Shown: one piece after another, positions 61,042-64,000 of the stretch | How positions within the stretch are numbered: position 1 is the stretch's first letter | How the letters are laid out: every line of letters starts with the position of its first letter | NCBI GenBank assembly: GCA_963693365.1 | Contig: CAVNZM010000003.1 | Span: 1,514,768-1,578,767, forward strand | Length of the DNA: 64,000 nucleotides | Direction: 5' to 3' | Source of the DNA: Amoebidium appalachense | Taxonomy: Eukaryota; Protista; Ichthyosporea | Notes under the pieces: model-generated | The model's database searches: none | Told to the model about the DNA's origin: nothing | Seen by the model: only the letters and a program-made list of their open reading frames with translations | Position numbers and translations under genes: made by a program

Positions 61042-64000
61042 TGTGTGTGTGTGCGCGTGCGCTATAATTTTGTAGTGATGTGTTTCTCAAGCCAATCAAT
61101 ACATCTAATAAACAGGTCGTAGTTACGCGTGTTTAGTATAAAATCAAGGATGTTGTAATTTACAGGTAGGCTATCTTTCTGGGTGTCTGTTGTGAATGTG
61201 ACGTGTGTGTGTTGCGGTATTATGTGGTCTATCAAACTACATTTGGCGATACATGACCGGTTAAACTGGTGTGTGTGTGTGTTGTTTGGGCATGCAAATG
61301 ATGCCACCTTATACTTATTAGATCTCCACTGTATAGCACGTGTACAGTAAAAGCGTGGTAATTGATCAATAATACCATCAGCTAGAGAAAGACCAGTTCT
61401 ACAGGAAGGTAATATGTATTTAGGTGTTATACACTTGCGAGTGCCATATTTGGCAATATGGTTGAGGCGGTCAGTATATATAAAACGAGACATAAGGCTT
61501 AGTTTTTCAAGGTGTATGCTTTCATCGGGTCTAGTGTCGTGTGGTATCTTTTTCCATTTGTTATATTGCGTGATTATCTTGTGATTGTGTACATGTTTAA
61601 TAAGTAAGTGGCAGTCCAAAGTCACACACACACTATTGCGGGGTTTATTTGTATTTGTGCCCAGGGGAGAAGGGGAGAGAGAGGGGAGGAAAGAGGGGAG
61701 AGGTGAGGAGGGGACAGGTCGGATAGAGAAGAGAGGGTGGGAGGGCAAATACTTCTTTAAGCGGCTTATGTGCTTATTGAATTTCAGCGCGAGATAGGAT
61801 ACTCTAGCAGCTATTGGGACCAGACCATATATCGAGAGCGTTACAGGCCCAGGTTTACAACAGTTGTTAGATAGAAAGGAGGCAACTTCTGCTTCAAGGA
61901 AATTTGCCAAGGGTTTAAGCGCTCTAGTTCTCTCTTTCTTGATCCAAGCGGCGAGAAGGGGTAAACCATATTCACATGCCGGGAAGACAAAAGTGCGAAT
62001 AAATGTAAGTCTAATAGAAGGATGGAGGGGTGTGTCTTTAAAAATATTAGCCGAGAAGAAAGCTAACCGCTTACGAGCCAACTCTACCCTCTTTTCGACC
62101 ATATGGGGAAACATAACACCAACAGAATCAACCGGAACACCAAGATATTTGTATTCTGGAACTATAGGTACAGGTTTAGATGATAATGTAAATGTGTGTA
62201 AATTGTTAGCTATATCAGGTACAAGAACACCACATTTGTCTATGTTAAGGATCATAAGGTTTGCCTTGCACCACTCTGACACTACATCGAACAATCTTTG
62301 CAGGCGTCTAGGGGTACGGGCAAGGAGGGACAGATCATCAGCATAGAGAAGTGCAGGCGGAAAGTTATTAATAGGGTCATCGTTTTCGGCGTAAATCTTG
62401 ACAGCCAAATCATCTATAAATAGGTTAAACAAAAAGGGGCTAAGCAATGAACCCTGCAAGAGACCTCTAGTACGAGCAAAACCATATGAAAGATGCCCAT
62501 TAACCACAGCTCTACCATAGGTTTGAGACAAGAGTGCTTCTAACAGAACACCAATGCAGTGTGGTACACCCCGTGCAGCAAGCTTTTCCCATAGGAGACC
62601 AGGGGAGACAGAATCGTAAGCAGTTTTCCAATCAATAAAGCCAACATATTGTGCACCAACTTGCATAGAATCGTGCAGTGCCATTATTTGAACATAACAT
62701 GAATTGTTTTTACGAAAAGCGGATTGGCATGGGTGTATGTGAAGAATAGATTGAAACCTAGGGTGATGTGCAAATAACCTAAGTAAGCAAGCTTCAAAGA
62801 ATCTACGAACAACCTGGGTTAGTGTAATGGGGCGAAAGGATGATATGGGGCCCTCAGAGTCCTTCTTAACTATGGGGATCACTAAGGTATCTAACCAAGA
62901 TGACGGGACATGTCCACATTTAACACACCAAGAAAAGAGAGAGCTTAACATGATAGTAAGATCAGGTTTAATAGCACGATCACTTTCCTTTTGTGGGTAG
63001 GAGGGAACAAGGATTTTAAGAAACCCAGCAGGGAGTCCATCAGGTCCACAAGACTTACTAGAGCTATAACTAGATATCACAGACCATATGGCATCGGGAC
63101 TGAAAAAGGGGAGGATCGATTCTATGGGGATAGATGGGTCTACAGGCCACACAATAGGTTTCTGAGCGGGGGTCCTATCTTTAAACAGTTCCGAGAAATA
63201 CTTATCAGAGTCTATGAGGGGGTCTCCAGTGGTATCACCAATAATACGAGCAGGGGGGCCAAATCGATTCATACTAGCAAGCCGGCGCAAGCTTTCCTTT
63301 TGAGACAGGGGTTCACCTAGTCTAGCGGGAGTGGTGTTTGGTAACAAGAGAGCATCGGGATATTCCTTCCTACCACCGCCAGCATAATCACCGAGATCTA
63401 TCAAATCATCAACAATAAAGTTAGTGCATGTATCTAGTACGAGATGTGAATCTGGCCTGGCTTGTGCAGATTCTAATAGGCGCATATATATAGGGTGTTT
63501 CGTAGCATAGCATACACATACATCAACTCTACCCCACTGTGACTTAAGCTGGGATAGACGGAGGCGAAAGGTGGGAGGGGGAGGGGGGAGCAGATCAAGG
63601 GAGATCTTAGGTAGGAAAAGGATAGGAGAGTGGTCAGATGACCTAGAGAGGTTAGGAGGGAGAGAGAGTTTTGACATGGTTGATGGCCAAAAGGCCACTC
63701 CCCAGTCGGTGTTGTGGGCATGGGATATTTGAGGGAACCGCAAAGTGTGACTTTGGACATACCTTGCTAAAGGGATAGCACGCTCCGGGGGCTTAGATGG
63801 GTACCCGACACTCACTTGCAGTGTGTCTGTGTGGTGGAGTCGCGTGTTAAAATCACCTAAAATAACAGTGGACATTGGTAACTGTGACAACTCGTGAGTC
63901 AATTCGACAACCGACATAGATGGTGGGTAATATACAAAAGTAAAAACATTAGAAAGAAACTCTATAGAAACCGAGAATTCCGTTTTTGCTACCGGTTTGC
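60911..64000 (-). mobile_element. LINE-like retrotransposon, 3' portion with short 3' UTR and poly(A) tail
   Basis: Stop codon at 61062-61064, then (CA)n at about 60993-61053, a 39-nt unique segment and A43 (T-run 60911-60953). The 5' end and TSD lie outside the window. Confidence 0.9.
61062..64000 (-). CDS. Non-LTR retrotransposon ORF2: APE-type endonuclease (partial) + reverse transcriptase + Cys/His C-terminus; open to the window edge
   Basis: Endonuclease motifs VYYPP, ILGDFN and SDHSPI. RT motifs KSCGPDGLP, FRPITL, QSAFR, FIDWKTAYDSV, GLLQGSLLSPFLFNLFIDDL, LYADD and YKYLGV. The frame stays open upstream of the ATG at 63917 to position 64000. Confidence 0.95.
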   Translation of the reverse strand, partial: KPVAKTEFSVSIEFLSNVFTFVYYPPSMSVVELTHELSQLPMSTVILGDFNTRLHHTDTLQVSVGYPSKPPERAIPLARYVQSHTLRFPQISHAHNTDWGVAFWPSTMSKLSLPPNLSRSSDHSPILFLPKISLDLLPPPPPTFRLRLSQLKSQWGRVDVCVCYATKHPIYMRLLESAQARPDSHLVLDTCTNFIVDDLIDLGDYAGGGRKEYPDALLLPNTTPARLGEPLSQKESLRRLASMNRFGPPARIIGDTTGDPLIDSDKYFSELFKDRTPAQKPIVWPVDPSIPIESILPFFSPDAIWSVISSYSSSKSCGPDGLPAGFLKILVPSYPQKESDRAIKPDLTIMLSSLFSWCVKCGHVPSSWLDTLVIPIVKKDSEGPISSFRPITLTQVVRRFFEACLLRLFAHHPRFQSILHIHPCQSAFRKNNSCYVQIMALHDSMQVGAQYVGFIDWKTAYDSVSPGLLWEKLAARGVPHCIGVLLEALLSQTYGRAVVNGHLSYGFARTRGLLQGSLLSPFLFNLFIDDLAVKIYAENDDPINNFPPALLYADDLSLLARTPRRLQRLFDVVSEWCKANLMILNIDKCGVLVPDIANNLHTFTLSSKPVPIVPEYKYLGVPVDSVGVMFPHMVEKRVELARKRLAFFSANIFKDTPLHPSIRLTFIRTFVFPACEYGLPLLAAWIKKERTRALKPLANFLEAEVASFLSNNCCKPGPVTLSIYGLVPIAARVSYLALKFNKHISRLKKYLPSHPLFSIRPVPSSPLPSFLPSLSPSPLGTNTNKPRNSVCVTLDCHLLIKHVHNHKIITQYNKWKKIPHDTRPDESIHLEKLSLMSRFIYTDRLNHIAKYGTRKCITPKYILPSCRTGLSLADGIIDQLPRFYCTRAIQWRSNKYKVASFACPNNTHTHQFNRSCIAKCSLIDHIIPQHTHVTFTTDTQKDSLPVNYNILDFILNTRNYDLFIRCIDWLEKHITTKL

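Overview
Eukaryotic (probably protist) genomic DNA whose introns and intergenic regions are packed with (CA)n/(TG)n, (GA)n and poly-C/poly-G tracts, so most entries in the ORF track are microsatellite artefacts. Manual GT-AG splicing recovers two intron-rich genes. The first is an 8-exon lipid droplet-associated hydrolase (LDAH-like, +, 2703-10311, about 323 aa). The second is a 32-33-exon, about 1,700 aa type I membrane adhesion-like protein (-, 30722-60142: signal peptide, TSP1, EGF/cbEGF and Cys-rich repeats, vWA with MIDAS, EGF, unrecognised region, TM). Between them lies an intronless zone holding a BTB/POZ gene, an 8-finger C2H2 gene, a frameshifted KCTD-type BTB pseudogene and a 4.8-kb fold-back palindrome (22339-27183). 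The palindrome is built from what looks like the 5' end of a gag-like retroelement and has a 20-nt central spacer plus a hairpin-motif array in one arm only. The right edge holds an APE-endonuclease/RT non-LTR retrotransposon with a (CA)n tract in its 3' UTR and a poly(A) tail. Smaller items are a hAT-type MITE with a perfect 8-bp TSD, a dispersed ~140-nt poly-G-flanked intronic element, a tandem array of a splice-donor junction, a candidate duplicated micro-exon and several minisatellites. All coordinates and family assignments were made by eye, without database searches.
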